Positions 37,660-52,274 of a stretch of 64,000 nucleotides of DNA are shown in pieces. The stretch covers positions 799,782-863,781 of the forward strand of contig NW_018404512.1 in assembly GCF_002113885.1 (NCBI RefSeq), read 5' to 3'. Position numbers and translations under genes: made by a program. Each line of letters begins with the position of its first letter. The stretch's first letter is position 1. Origin of the DNA: Mizuhopecten yessoensis (taxonomy: Eukaryota). The notes under the pieces were generated by a model. That model made no database searches. It was not told where the DNA came from and worked only from the letters and a program-made list of their open reading frames with translations.

Positions 37660-40600
37660 TTCATGCGCAAGTAAGATTTAATGTTCCCAAAAGTAGCATA
37701 AACATGTACAACGCGCTCTTGATCACCTGGGCCATACACAACGCTTACATAGGGATGCATGTCACCCGAACCCCACACAGGACATTAACATGCAGACACA
37801 TACGATATAACACAGAAGGCTTACTTTATAACATATACATAAACGTGCAGAGCATACATTTGATGATTCTCTGATGAACACAACTGGTCCCGTTAATAGG
37901 TTTACCTTTAAAAGTAGGTCTGCTTAGTGAATTCATACCAAGACGATGCTTTACATATGATGAATTGATATGTTTTACAAAGAGCTTCCAGTCAGAGTTC
38001 TTAAAACTGGATCGTGTTCAAGTCCTGTTAAAAATGAATCGCTCAAGTTTTTAATGTGAGTGCATTTATCACACAAGCTACACCTTGTATGTTGTACCCG
38101 TGTTAACGCTCCTGTAAAATTGTATTTCATATACTTCTTTATCTTCACACAAAGAGAGAAACAATCATTTGTTAAAGAAAGAATAACAACGAAATACATC
38201 TGTAGACTATTGTTTATCCTTATTTAAAGCAATAAATATCGAGGCCATGTTATCATACATACACACAGAGTGGTCAGAAACGATTATAGAATCGTCAAAG
38301 CATTACACAACAAGGTTGATAACCGACATAGTTGGTTTTTAAGTCCAGTGAGATAAACGCTTTTTGTACTGGTAAATCAAGAAAGAGAAAGTTATCGGTC
38401 AAATGCACGAGTCATCTTTGTGTATCAGTTACTGTTTTCTTTATTCATTCAAAGTAGAGTGTTCTCCCTCATATATTGAACTTAAAATAAAGTAGTGTTT
38501 TTTTTGGTTTTACTTTTAACTATGTACTTATATCCTAGAAAGCCAAATTGTTAAAGGGTCATGCATTTCTTTTTGTTTTAAAAACCTTAAACTTCGAACA
38601 AATGTAATTGCGTAAAATGCATTTTATACGTAATACATTTGACAAGAAAAAAGGACATGAACAAATGTATATATAACAAATATTGAAAATAATGAGAAAT
38701 ATTTTAACTTGATAGTAACTTTCATCGTAAGAACAGTCAATGCATACATTTGCAAAATGGCAAACATCACAGTACACACAACAACTACATGGTAAGTGCA
38801 TATAACAATATATTTGGAGTAAATCTCATTTTTAAATCCTTCACACCCTATAATAATAATGAATAATAATAATTGGAGGTTCTTATATACCGTTTTATCA
38901 CAGCCTAGTTCATAGGTCGTCTCAAAGCGGTTCACAAATTATTACCCGTGGTTATAGGGCCTTTGCAACCAGCCAATACACTTCCCAACTCCCTGGGGAG
39001 CATACAGCCGGAGCTGCCATTTCGGCGCTAACAGCTAGCATTAAACAATTCTAGCACTGCCCAACCACGTACTTATTTACAGCTGGGTAGACTGGAACAA
39101 GCGGGGTAAAGTATCTTGCTCAAAGATACAACACATTGCCTATCAGTTGTGTAACATTTAATATACAGTGTTAACACTAGAAAGCATTCTACAAAGGACA
39201 TAGTTTTGGCGTTAACTTGTGATGGTGTTAGTAGCCAGGATGTACCGTTATGTATTGAACTCTTGAAAAAAGATGTGTTTGTGTTTAGTTGTATAACATG
39301 CACTATATTGTCTAGCCGTAATGACATGCTGAATGGAACACGGATATTTCTGGTAAGGAATAGATACTTGATATCAATAAGTAATACGTTCAAATCATTT
39401 CAATTGTTGAAAACAAGTTGATAGAGTATTTCGCATCCCACATTACTTCAGGAATAATTTTGCAATTATTGAAGTATATAAAATAAATGTCTGTTGTGCA
39501 ATTGGTTTTTGAGTTTGGTTCCAACCAATAAATGATCGGTCGTGGATGCTACAAATCGAAACATTCTATCAAACACAGTGGTTCATGATAACATAACGTG
39601 GAATACAATACAAGATAATAGTACACCACCAGGACGTTTGAACCGCTAATTTGAACACTTACCCTTATAAACGAGCTTTACTTTCCAGTGAAAGCTGGCT
39701 TGTTAACTTGTGAGTATGTTTGAATGTATACTACTGTTGATTACCTCGCGTGAATATCTGACAATAGTGTATCAGTTCTCTGTTTGACCACCTCCAATTA
39801 TAGCACCATTTACAGCGCATTAGGGAGCCGCTACTTATACCACGGCAGGTGCGAGTGGGGATTACGGCTGGCCAATAGATCGATCCCGGGATGTGTGGTA
39901 GCTATCTAGTCCAGCAGCCAGATTACAAAGTGTCGGGTCCCTGATACGCTGGTAAGGGCCGGGCACATTAACGTGTGTCAGACTATACAGAAGAGTAGGC
40001 ATCGCTGACATGTATACTTTATGTGCGTCAAAATGTAAGCTGTCATTACTTCTTCTTTCGAGACTTACAAAAGAACAACCGATATAACTGTAAAGCATAG
40101 CTGAAATAAACAGTTATGTTAGTATGAATACAAAATAATAATAATAAAAACAACTACTATAGAATCAAATAGTTATTTATTTATAGATATGCGGTATTGT
40201 AATGTTCAAGTTCTAAAGGATAAGTGGGATGGTCATTCTTATTATTCGATGTCACAACAACATCGCATTATCTCAATGAAACGCTAAAGGAAGTGACAAG
40301 TAGTGTTTATCCTTAGGAATATAGGGTTTCAGTGTTCAGCGACTATAGAAGACACATACTGTATATCAGGATGCAGAATTTCAGTCCTGCAAGACTAACA
40401 GTGACATATTAGATACAATGTGTGTAGAGAAATGTAATAGGTTACCTGTGCTTCCAAACTCACGAAGTCATAGAGAAACAGTATTTCAGTGTTAAATGGA
40501 CTAGTAGAATGTCAAGTCCACCTCTTGACAGAAAATGAATATACTGGATATCCTAATATAGTCGTTCAATAAAATTACAATATCACATTTAAATTGAGTG

Positions 40601-40795
40601 ATATTATTACGTGCATATGAACTATGGATTGTCATGCTGTACAAAGATATGACATTGAACTCAACATAATAAGAAAACAAAACATTTTTACGCAACAAAC
40701 AAATGATATTACGTACAAGTGGTTGACGTAGTAAGTACTTGCTTTGGACATTGGTCCGCTTCATGTATGTTGCCATTGTCCGAACTACATCATTT
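37660..40795 (-). pseudogene. Second decayed LRR protein gene, convergent with the first, tentative
   Basis: Ordered minus-strand remnants: QCPKQ (40753-40739), SIFIFCQEVDLT (exon 40446-40552), strong acceptor at 40100 followed by LYSLTHVNV..PTLCNL, SIHSNILTS*QASF (39732-39691), LLIDIKYLFLTRN (39384-39346), FISLDLKTN (38357-38331), FKGKPINGTSC (37912-37880), LNLTC (37681-37667). Interrupted by a SINE. Confidence 0.42.
38851..39139 (-). mobile_element. tRNA-derived SINE with Nin/Deu-type central domain, 5'-truncated
   Basis: Minus strand reads TTGAGCAAGATACTTTACCCCGCTTGTTCCAGTCTACCCAGCTGTAAAT...GGCTGTATGCTCCCCAGGGAGTT...GTGAACCGCTTTGAG...TATATAAG, with an (ATT)n tail at 38851-38873. Confidence 0.72.
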
Positions 40796-43700
40796 CTGAA
40801 AAGATCCCCTTTTTAAGGACTCACTAACTTTTTTCTTTTGAATATATAAAACCAGTTGTATTCATATACTTATTTAATCGATAAAATATAATTAGGAACT
40901 TTTGTAAAATATGTTAAAAGATTTAAATTTACACAGTTTACAAAGAGCGGGAATTGATATTTAAAACGTGAAATTAATTTTAACTGTGCAAAATTACTTT
41001 TATAAAATTAATCAGTTTAAAATAGAAAAATTACAACAAATAAAATAATTAAACATGCTTATGACAACAGTAAGAATGAAGATTAGTAATCTTTTAGTTA
41101 CTGAAGCTGCAACATCGATTGTGACGTCTCAATATAAATGCAATATGGGATTATAACGTCAAATTAAATACCTTACAGCGTAGATACAACGTTTTTTTTA
41201 TCATATTATTATTCACATGAACATTCAGAGTGTTGTACCAAACATATAGGATGTTTTAATGAACATCTGAAATATTGTATTGAACATCTCAATGGTAGCT
41301 ATAAACAACGTCAAATGATATTTGATCTAAAACGAATTGAGTGTTTATGTAAATCATAGTTCTCTTACATGTATAATGATAAATATATCTTATTTTTGCT
41401 ATATTTTGCTATTAATTATTGCCAATATAACGGTGGTTATCCCATTCACAAATTAAGATCCTAGCAACTTCGTCGTCAAAATACAATGTGGGTATGTTTC
41501 ACATTGAAAATAAGTCAATTATTATCTTGTTTGGACGAAAACACATGGTGAACATATTTAGTCAAAATTTATTGGTAAAACATCGTTATTGATAATTTAT
41601 GTATCACATCTAGATAAAGTATATACCTGAATTTGCAGGTATAGTACGATTTGTGGGTACAATATCGCAAATATGCTGAATGTAACAATGATTGTATTAC
41701 CTGAATCTGCTGAAGTGTACTCAATAATACTCTGAACTACATTTGATAAGTTCCGGAGGATATTCGTCTTGTTTGAATGTTAAGCTGCCCAGACAAAAGT
41801 GTGGCATGTCTGACAGTGTTGTAAGTCTTCTCTAAGATACCTTTGGATTAGTATTACTCGTATTCTCACACACATGTATCAACTGTAAATCTTTTGAACC
41901 TAGGCACATTTACAAACATTAATATATATTAATTCTGGATTAAATATCGACTGACAGTCGACCTTTTGTTGTAGTGGAAGTTACTGGTCGTGTAGTTACC
42001 CAAGAGTGAGCACCTCGCCACAACCTCTATATGAATAAAACTGAACTCATGTGCACGAAATGTGTAAACCTTACTTAAATATGGTATCAAACGGATTATA
42101 TTAAAATCCTCAAAACCTTTGTTGCACTGACTGACGGGAAATAAAGGGGAAAGTAGCACTTTCGCAATAAGGGGTTAGTCAAAAGGGTAACGTGCCGAAA
42201 TAAATCCACTTAGTGGTATCCCGAAAGTGTATAATTCTCCATAGAGTGTATGGTTCGATTTTTCTCATTTTCACATGATGTTTCTACTAAAACAATATAA
42301 GCGTACATCAACAAAAAATACTTTTCATGTCCTATCAAAAAAACTTCCATACTTTCTGGTACATTTTTTGTATACTGATGAAATTAGTACCCGGTGTATA
42401 AGCACATATTCCTCAGTGAATAGAAGGCAATTATCATATTGTTAATTTACACTTAACACACTTATTATGCAATACAATTCCACTAGAATACAATTTGTCG
42501 AATCTCATTTTGTCAAGAATACACTTAACCAATAAAAATCAAATAGTATTAGGTACTTTCTCACAACCTCGCGCGATATGTACAGAAAGGTAATAAAGGA
42601 CTGACATATTCGGTTACGAGTTTAACCGAACGGATAGCAATGTAAACAAGCATGTATTTACATTAACTTTTAAATTGCTTGGTCACTATCTAAATACATC
42701 ATATATATGATATATAAATATTGGTCATGGTGCTGTGATTGTGAAATAAAATACTATCGTACCTGTACTTAGACTTCCCCACCTAAAAGGCATTAGTTGT
42801 CTTACATCACGTCTGTAAGTAATATATTTGCACGTAGAAACAAATATCCAAGTACTTCAAAACATTCATATGTTAGGAACAGGAATATGTTAATCACAAA
42901 AAAAAATTCAAACAAACATTATCCACTTTTATTTACAAAATGCGTTCTACAGGAACATATGAAATTGCTTTACAAACAATAGCTATAATAGTTGCCACAT
43001 ATTTAGTAGAAGTTGAAATTTCCCTTTTTTCAGCCATAAAATGTGCGCCTTTTATATTTACATGAACGTAATGCTGTATGAATGATGTGATAAAACTTAC
43101 AATGAACAATTCAACATGTATACATAATTGTATTGACTAAAACGCTGCTGTCTCTTCACTGTGAAACAGTTTTTGTTGTATTTTCCGTATATTTACATGT
43201 TTATCACATAATTACATCAATTCATCATGGAATCGTGTATGCCTTTCAGTAAAAATCGAACATAGAAAGTGCACAACTTCATATTTTATGAGGTGACGAC
43301 ATATGTGCCGTATTGCTACTAATCATATTATCAGTTCACATAATTATGTACGAGTTAAGCATGCTTGCACGATTTTAACATGCTTGCACGATTTTAACAT
43401 GCTACTGTAGCACGATTTCACAGAAAATACAAAACTTTATCAAAACGCATTTATAAACGAAATGCTCTCCAAGATTTGTAGAGAATGCGTTCAACGTCTT
43501 ATCGAATATTGCTTTGTCAAATTGGTTGGTGAAGACAAAAGGAACGTTATAATGTTGAAAATAACAGTAGAGAATTCGATTTTCGTTTCGGGAACCAAAC
43601 GAAAGGTACCGTTTAAAACGTAAATGGTGTAAAATGTAAAAACCGGTTCTATATAAGATACAAGATTATCAATCTAAAGAATCCAAACTAAGTAAGACAG

Positions 43701-46700
43701 ACTGGAGACAGCGTTTGAGCGAACCTTAGTATTTGTCCAGCCTCATTGTGTACAAAGCAAGGGTGGCAGTACACAGGTACACTTTACGACGGCTGGCCTG
43801 TCGCAGTCCCGCTTGTTTCCAGTTACAAACTAATATTAGAATGTCATTTCAAAAGTATTTGGACCAGTGGACTCACGGCCTGTATTTTCCATGAATTGTT
43901 ATTCTTATATTAGAATGAGATGTTAGATATTTTATGAGTATCGTCACCATATATTCTGTTTATGACGCCAGTAGATTTGACTAGACACGGCCAACTCTCC
44001 ATGCAGCAAGTTGCTCACCCAGTAATGCATACACATTCAATACAGTCTCGACACTCATGGCAAACATAACTATTGAGGTTAGAGAGTATTAGCGAGTAAA
44101 CATTCATCTTTGTGGGAAATTTGATTTAAAATCCATCCTAGCTTGGATGGTGTTAACGCTGTTTGTAAATATGGCGAAGGTATAGTATATGATTCAACGT
44201 GTATGCAATTCGATGCGGGTTGTGTTCTGGATTTAGAAGTGAAATTATATATTCAATGGCTTTATTATTTTTTGATTATTCACAGACTTTGATTGAATTG
44301 CGCGATGACGGTATTCTAAGAAGGATAGACTGCATTCGAAAACAAACTAAACAGCATTGTTCGGACGCGGTCTGATGTGTATACAGGTAAACGTAATGGT
44401 ATACAACAGACACCCCGTTGGCACTTATATGTAATTACAGGTAAACTTAACTTCACGTCACGCGTTTCCGTTATTAACACTTGTCATGTTATCGCTTAAT
44501 TGGATTTTGATATCATTATCGTAAACATTCGAAATAGAAAAGAAAAAAAGAAAAAGAAAAAAATCTAATTAAAGGTGATTGATAGGTAGATTTATAATTT
44601 AAGTTCCAGACCAGATTCACAACAGACAGTTCTCGCTTTACAAATTTTCCTTCTCTATTCCACATACACATATAGTATATACCTTTTTGTGTATTCGTGT
44701 AATAACATTCACCGTTTATCACCAGATTCAACATTTCGAATAATTTAAATCCATTTCATATTAAAACTGTCTTGAGTGTATCAAAAATACTTTTACAGCA
44801 TTATGGTTTAAAAAACCTCTAGAATCATTATGCTTCGGCTGTTTATTTTCCTGAAAACAACTATTTCCATATGGCTATTTATAGATATAATATACGTAAC
44901 TCTAGAGCCGAAAATGAGAAAGTTCAAATATTACTTTCTAAGTTCACATGTGTGCACCTCGTCATTTCTATGAATTATCTCCCTTTCCCGCTGAATCATT
45001 CTCTACAATATACACCTATACATGTGTTTCCATGTAATAATCCTCAACATTCAACACCACGTCAGAAAGTCCGATCCATAGCTAGTCCATTTTATATAAA
45101 AAAAATAATCTTCATTTTGCAAGAACTACTATTGCAGTGAACCATTTTCACAACAATAAAACACATTACATTTCTGCAGCTCAACTAATTTTCCTATACT
45201 TCGAATATTCGTTTCTCTCAAAACATAGTAGGTAATAATCATTGTCATACGGGTAGCTATAAACATTGTTTACAGCATTGGCCTTCATATAAATACAGTG
45301 TGACCAACAATGATATATTACATTCATGCTGTGATTACTTTACCTGGGTTATATTATTGTTATGTTTACATCAAGACTACATACAATTCACTATTGTGGA
45401 CATAAGTAAATGTACTACAGGTAATATACAGCGCTAAACAAATGGATCATTGTGTCGGTATTTTTTTGTATAAATACAGGTAGATATTTACCTCGAAAAC
45501 GATAGCATATAGCTTACAACAAAAACACTGCCTGAGACCGTGTTTGATCGTGTATCAGATTAATATACTACAGAAAACGTCTTACCGTGATAGCATGTCC
45601 CAGTACACATCCAAGGTTTCAGATACACACGTTATCCACAACACATCTTGTATTAAATGAAATCGAACGTCATGTGAATTTGAAATGATTTGCCACAGGC
45701 AGCGCTATGTGCATGTAAATATAGTACTTGAGTTGACGTGATACTTTTACTATACACATAGATAGCCAGTAAACTGTCCTTTAACGTTGTCGATGAGGTT
45801 TGTAATGCCTGTTTTATCCTGGTAAGTACATAGGCAATGGTCCCTGTCAACAAATACACACACACCTCTATATGTATAGCATACGGAACGGATATAGGTA
45901 ACTTTCTACCTCTGTACTTAACCTTGATCTGGTCTGAACGCTGGGGCATAGTACGGGGTAGGTGTCGCTGTGTATTGGAGCCGGGGATTTAAATGTCCAG
46001 CCCGGTGTATGTAACCGTAAAAGCCTATGACAAACGTTCGATTTTTTTCTTCTGAATGTTAGGAGCAACATATATATGAGAATCATGTCTCCCTTAGGAA
46101 AGAGTCTGATATATCTATAATCGCTCATATGTACCCATCTGCTACGATATCTCTCTGTCAGTAATTGAAACTTAAAAGTAACAAGTAGAAGTCAAAAATG
46201 TTAAGAAAAACAGGAAAAGAAATAAAATGTTATTCAAAGCACCAGGACAAAACGTGTATATGGTACATTCAATGCGGAAGTAATGGATAGTTTTATGTTT
46301 TGTATTTAGTGTTAGAGAAAAATACATGTCACTCTCTTTAAAGTGAAGTGGTTTGAACCAAGAACGTTAACACAATCTTTTGATGTATTCATGGTGATAA
46401 GTTATCTTGGCGAGTGTATGGAAGTGATGTGTTTAATTTCTTGGTAAGTTACTGAAAATCGTATATGACATTATGCTTTGGTAGATACATGTATGTATGT
46501 ATGTCTGTTCGCGAGATATGAAGTTCAGCCTTGGGTAAAAGTAATGAACTTCTGATGGAAGTTTTCATATGACCTTACAGGTAAGATGATGGTCCATGTT
46601 ATGGAGTTTCTATCGTGTATTTACCTAATCAAACGCTATCATACTTGATTAGGTTGTAGATAGCTGTCCATACGACAGTATTATTATGTTCTATTTTCAG

Positions 46701-46792
46701 AATTCGTAGATGTTACCGGAATACTTTATTATGTCTTCTATCATTTAGCAAAGACTGTTATAAAAGAAAATGGGAATTGGAAACAAAATAAA

Positions 46793-46912
46793 CTACACAC
46801 TTACCAACAAACACACAGTGCTCCACTCACACACACACAGTACTCCACTCACACACACTCAGTACTCCTCTCACACACACACACAGTACTCCACACACAC
46901 ATACACACAGTA

Positions 46913-46958
<46 letters not shown>

Positions 46959-47278
46959 CCCCACACACACACAGTACTCCACTCACACACACAGTACTCC
47001 ACTCACACACACACACAGCACTCCACACACACACACACAGCACTCCACTCACACACAGAGTACTCCACATACACACACACTGAACTCCACTCACACCCAC
47101 ACAGTACTCCACACACACACAGTACTCCACTCACACACAGAGTACTCCACATACACACACACTGTACTCCACTCACACCCACACAGTACTCCACACACAC
47201 ACAGTACTCCACTCACACACACACAGTACTCCACTCACACACACACAGTACTCCACACACACACACACACAGTACTCC
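46793..47278. repeat. Compound (CA)n microsatellite/minisatellite
   Basis: (CA)n runs punctuated by CAGTACTCCACT. It explains the H/T-rich and C/V-rich ORFs here. Confidence 0.95.
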
Positions 47279-50200
47279 TATGCGTTTTCTTTCTACTGTA
47301 AAGTTCATATCTAGGAATAAACGCATCACAATTTCAAATTTCACAATATGTTTTTTTTGAGTGTTTAAAATTATATTTCAATAGATCCCAGTCGTAGCTG
47401 TATATAAAACATGTGAGTTGCCATTTCCCAATAGTTTTTGTAACATTTTTGTAAGCCTGTGTAACAGCGTTATAAGAAGGGCGATCGGAATGTTTTTAGA
47501 TGTATAAAGCTTTTTGTAATCGTTTCAATAATTTGATTGGGGTAGATATGAAGCATATTCACCTAACATATATCAGATACTTTGCAATGAATATAGTTTC
47601 CTGTGATAAAACGTATTTTATATAATCTTTGAACCTTTTCACATTTGTGTTTTCATTTTTACCCCGTACAGAGGCACTATACGATTTAAAACCTTATACT
47701 GTTTCAGAAGCCCCATATGAAATGGGAACTCCGATAGTTTTTTATATAAACGTGACACACACACAGGTGATACATTGTAGCACCGTTACAATTCGGTAAT
47801 AGATGAAGTAAGCCAAAATATTCGTTCTCCAAGGACTCATCTGTGATAGTAGGGGACAAAAAGTTGGAAACTGTCTAAACTACTGTTGGAACAGAAGGGC
47901 AGGTGCGTAAAACAGTTTAATTATGAATTTGAAAATTAAGATGAGTACTTGTTAACTTCAAATTAAACAATATGTACAATGTTTATATTATGAACTCAAA
48001 AGAGAATACTGTTGCCATCAACGTTATTTTAAAATATTACATTTTTGTATGTACAATGTAAGTTACAGTAAATCACTGATATGTATAATGGAATATGTAT
48101 AATGGAATTCATTGTTCTTATTTTATCTTATTAGCGACTTCAATCAATTTCATATCTGAGTTTGTCTCGAAAACGGATTGAAAAGGGTTTTATCAATGGT
48201 ATACTTATATATATTATTGTTCATTGTGATAATGGTTTTCATTTGGAATAGGCTTTTTTAATTACACTCGATAAAAAATGCTTTTAATGAAAATAATAAA
48301 CATTTACAGAACAGTATGCATACGGCGGATCAATCCAATGGTGCAAGACATGATAGAACGTTTACATAGGCATTTAGTTTATCTACCAGCACGAGCGACA
48401 CAAATTTTGATAAACGTGTTTTGAATATGTTTTGTTTTAGAGATGTGTTTGTTTCAGTCTGTCCAACATTATAAAACAAAAGTATGCAATCATTATATGC
48501 TACTATGATATATATCGATTAGTGATGCTATCTAGCGGCTTTTAACACAAAGGGTCATTCAAGGTAAACCATTAAAACGCAGGAAAACAAGTGATAAAAA
48601 CAGAGACAAAGGCAGAAGAGGACATCAAACTGAGAAAGCGCAATAAAATGATACACAAGTATCATTGTCTTTTACAGCGGGAAATGTGGATACATTAAGT
48701 CTGTTAAGGCCTATTGTTCCCGACGCGAACAATACAAAATACAAGTTGGGTTTACACACTTTAAATGTTTGGATGAAGAATCAGGACCAGTACATGTTGA
48801 TGTAGAGGGAGGATATTTTGAGTAAATGGGGCTGGATGACGTGGATTGTGGGTCTAGAGGATAACAAGGTTTGCATGTTGAGGTTATCCTATACAAGTTT
48901 TGGTTTATGTCTCTGTGGGGGTAGAAATTGCATGTTAACAACATCGTTAATGTTTGGACGTCAGGAGAAAAGGTGGTGGGTTAAAAGTCTATGGAAAAAA
49001 TGCCCCCTCTCCCTCTTGCCCGCCCATCTTTCTTTTTCCTTTACCTTTTATGTTGCAAACATACGTGTGAATCAACGAAATGAACGAAATCTTCAATACA
49101 ATCATTCCACCCACCGCATGCAGACCTACGAAGATACAACATCAAGCCGTGTACGTCCTAATCGTTGTTAATATTCATGGCATGGTTTAAATTGATACCA
49201 TATCTGGACACACTTTTTTTCACTTTCAAATGGCTTCATAGTTGAAGTGAGTTTAATAGAAATGATATTTACAAAAACATTCACCGAATCTGTCATACTT
49301 TATCAGTCACCTATTGTGCGTGGGCATGAACCGTGACAAAACGGTAATATATGATATATTTTAAGTAATATGCATGGTATGTTTAGCGCTAATAAATACT
49401 GTATACATAAAATTGCAATGACATCCAAATGTTAGATGACCAAAGTATACCTATCGTTTATCATACACAGTCAGATACCCAACAATAAAAACATACGTAT
49501 AAGTATTATAAAGCTTAAGGCGTTTTCAATACACAGTCAAGTACCAAACAAAATGCTCTGTATATATGTATATCAGGACTGTTTATTAGTTTATGACCAA
49601 GTGATTGAAAAAATGGAATAAGTATTTGATTTTCATAAATGGCAAATGTTGCTTTAAACTACTAGGAGGATCACTAACCTTCACGGTTGCCTTTCAGAGC
49701 TGATTTGGAGTTAAGTTACAAAAGCAAATGCTTAAAAGCGTGTTTTCTTTTTTCGGTGTTTTAGACTTATTCGATGCAGAAATATTATTTGATAACAATG
49801 TTTAAGGGATTGGCTGAAGTCGGATGACTGACATATCATTGCATGCATTTTTAAAAAGTGGAAAATTTCCAACACGATGATTTAAAAAAACATAATGTGT
49901 TTATCTTAATTGATTTTTCCCCCAATGATTGATTTTTAAAAAGTCCAGAGTGGTTGGGTATGGAATTGTCAATAAAGTTTATAATTGCATCACAGTTTAA
50001 CTTCTGATTGATTGTAACAACTAATTTACCTAAGATTTCCTGGCTAAATCATTTGAAAATCAGCAAGGTTCAGACAAAAAAAGTTTCTCTATATCGTTGC
50101 TGCCATAAATGTCAAACATATAATGGGCATACAAACCAATATAGTTATTGAAATAGGCACCAAGCTTTTTCTATCTTTGAACGACAACAGGAAGTATATC

Positions 50201-50737
50201 CTCAAATTGAACGTACTCTTAACCACATTGATTGTTCAATTTTTTTTGCAATTTTATGATTCCGGTTTAACTCTCGGCTAAATCTACATTGCCCGTTAAC
50301 TGCTTTTGCTATACAATATAACACAAGATGTAAATATTTCATTTCGAAGTAAGTAAATTAAGTGATTTTCATATATTTTCTTTGATCCTAAGAGATATTT
50401 ACTTGACTTTTTCAGCTTTAACAAGTATAAATTAAAATAATTATGTTGCTGTTTTCTTGATATTCGGTTATTTTTGGATAGCATGACTACGTTAACTGTA
50501 ATAAGAAGATGAGAAATTTCATCGTGAACAATCAGCTACAAGAGGGTGGATATAACACAAACGTCCGTATCATACTAGTCAGCTTTCCAACAAATAAGGT
50601 GATCAATGTAGTACAGGTGACGGGAGCCTTACCGTACAGACAACTATACCCCCCCACCCCCACCCACCCACACACGTGTTCGTTTCTCTCCTCCTGATTT
50701 ATGTCAGGTTAATAACAGGCTAACCGATGTCTACTTC

Positions 50738-51120
50738 GTGGCCTCTCATGTTCTGTGTGAGGTAAACAATAAGTTTGTTCCCCCTGTGTGGCCTCTCTTG
50801 TGTTGGGTGAGGTAAACAATAAGTTTGTTCCCCGTGTGTGGCCTCTCTTGTGTTGGGTGAGGTAAACAATAAGTTTGTTCCCCCTGTGTGGCCTCTCATG
50901 TCGCGTTTGAGGTTCTGTGTGATGTTAAATTAACAAAATGTTCATTATCACTTTAGTGGCCTTGTAAAGCTTTTATCATGTTATAAAAGGTTAACGGATG
51001 TCCCATTTGTGGCCTCTTTTTCGTTTCGTCCGATTAAAAACATATTGTATTCTCCTCTAAATGGCCTCATATAGATTTTGTCCAGGTTCAATGATGGCCC
51101 TTTGGTAGCCTCCTCTGTAT
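50738..51120. repeat. 50-bp minisatellite (3.5 good copies plus degenerate ones)
   Basis: GTGGCCTCTC...GAGGTAAACAATAAGTTTGTTCCCC at 50738, 50788, 50838 and 50888; decayed TGGCCT units continue to ~51110. Confidence 0.85.
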
Positions 51121-51726
51121 TGTGTGCAATTGAACGGTCGCTTTTAAACGTAATCGTGTGAAGCCTTTGTGCAGATTTCAATAGGAATTCTTATATTGCT
51201 TTTGTAAGTGCGTATCTAAATAAATAAACTGTGACAACTCGTATAAACAGCGAAGATAGGTATACGCATGAACAGATATATTGAAAACGTCACTCCGAGT
51301 CCGGCCTTACTTGTCAGTAATAAAATCGAACTTTCATGGTACATTTTGTTACCTGAGTAGACTGTATTTTATAACAGAGAAAGCCAGATCGCTTTGTACA
51401 CATCAATATTTAATATAATGTAAAGTTTATGTTTCATATAAAAATCATAAACCATGCACTCGTATATAATTGGTTTTCTGATTTCTTAGCGTCTATTCAA
51501 CGTATGCATTTGAGTAATAAAAGTTCTATTCAGGTATTTGATAGGACTTCACGTATATATTTGTTGATTTTGGATGGGACCTTTACGTATATATTTGTTG
51601 ATTTAAGATTTATCACACTTTTTATACGGCTGAACAGGATAACGAAATATAGGTTTCACAAAGCAGGATGGTGGATTATCGTGGCTATATAGTTCGAACT
51701 ATTGTGTTTGTGTAACTTGTATTAAC

Positions 51727-52070
51727 TTGAGGTTTTTGAAGTAAAACCAATTTTCATGATGTAATACTTACCATAACTTTAGTATGCATGTACAATACCT
51801 ACACCCATCTTTGTAGCCCAAAAACAAAAGATTCAAATATCCCTACCTCCCTACGGTCACGTAACCCATATCTCGATGACAGAGTCACGGAGTGATCTCC
51901 CTTCCTCAAACCCCTTTTATGGAGCCTAAAGGCAGTCGGGATGGGGAGGCAAGGGGAGGAATACAGGGTGGAACTCCATAAAGTTATGGTAAGTATTACA
52001 TCATGAAAATTGGTTTTACTTCAAAAACCCCAATTTCATTACAGTAATAATTACCATAACTTTAGTATGC
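51727..52070 (-). repeat. DIRS right terminal repeat and internal complementary region (ICR)
   Basis: 51731-51781 is the exact reverse complement of 51979-52029. 52030-52070 is a diverged copy of 51747-51786 and represents the left-end half of the ICR. Confidence 0.88.
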
Positions 52071-52274
52071 GAATTCGTCTAACCGTATTGGATGCTTCGA
52101 ATCCAGGCAGACCAGGCTGACGGAACAAACTCGAGACATGCTCAAGGTAGGAAAAAAGTTTCAAGGAACCCCCTAATTAAGCCCCAAAAGTAATTAAAAA
52201 ATGGAAAACCTCCCTGTGAAACGAGCAGGTGTACCATCGCGGTGCCTGATAGCATACTATTTAAAATCACTGAA

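Noticed and set aside
45340-46010. Chain of small minus-strand exon-like segments (GFYGYIHRAG..., DVLWITCVSE...)
   Set aside because: Requires a 54-nt intron, ends in stops and has no recognisable domain; compatible with chance.
46770-47360. His/Thr-rich 196-aa ORF and Cys/Val-rich antisense ORFs
   Set aside because: Translations of a (CA)n compound microsatellite.
48711-49171. S/T/P-rich minus ORF and overlapping plus ORF
   Set aside because: No neighbouring compatible exons or domain similarity were found.
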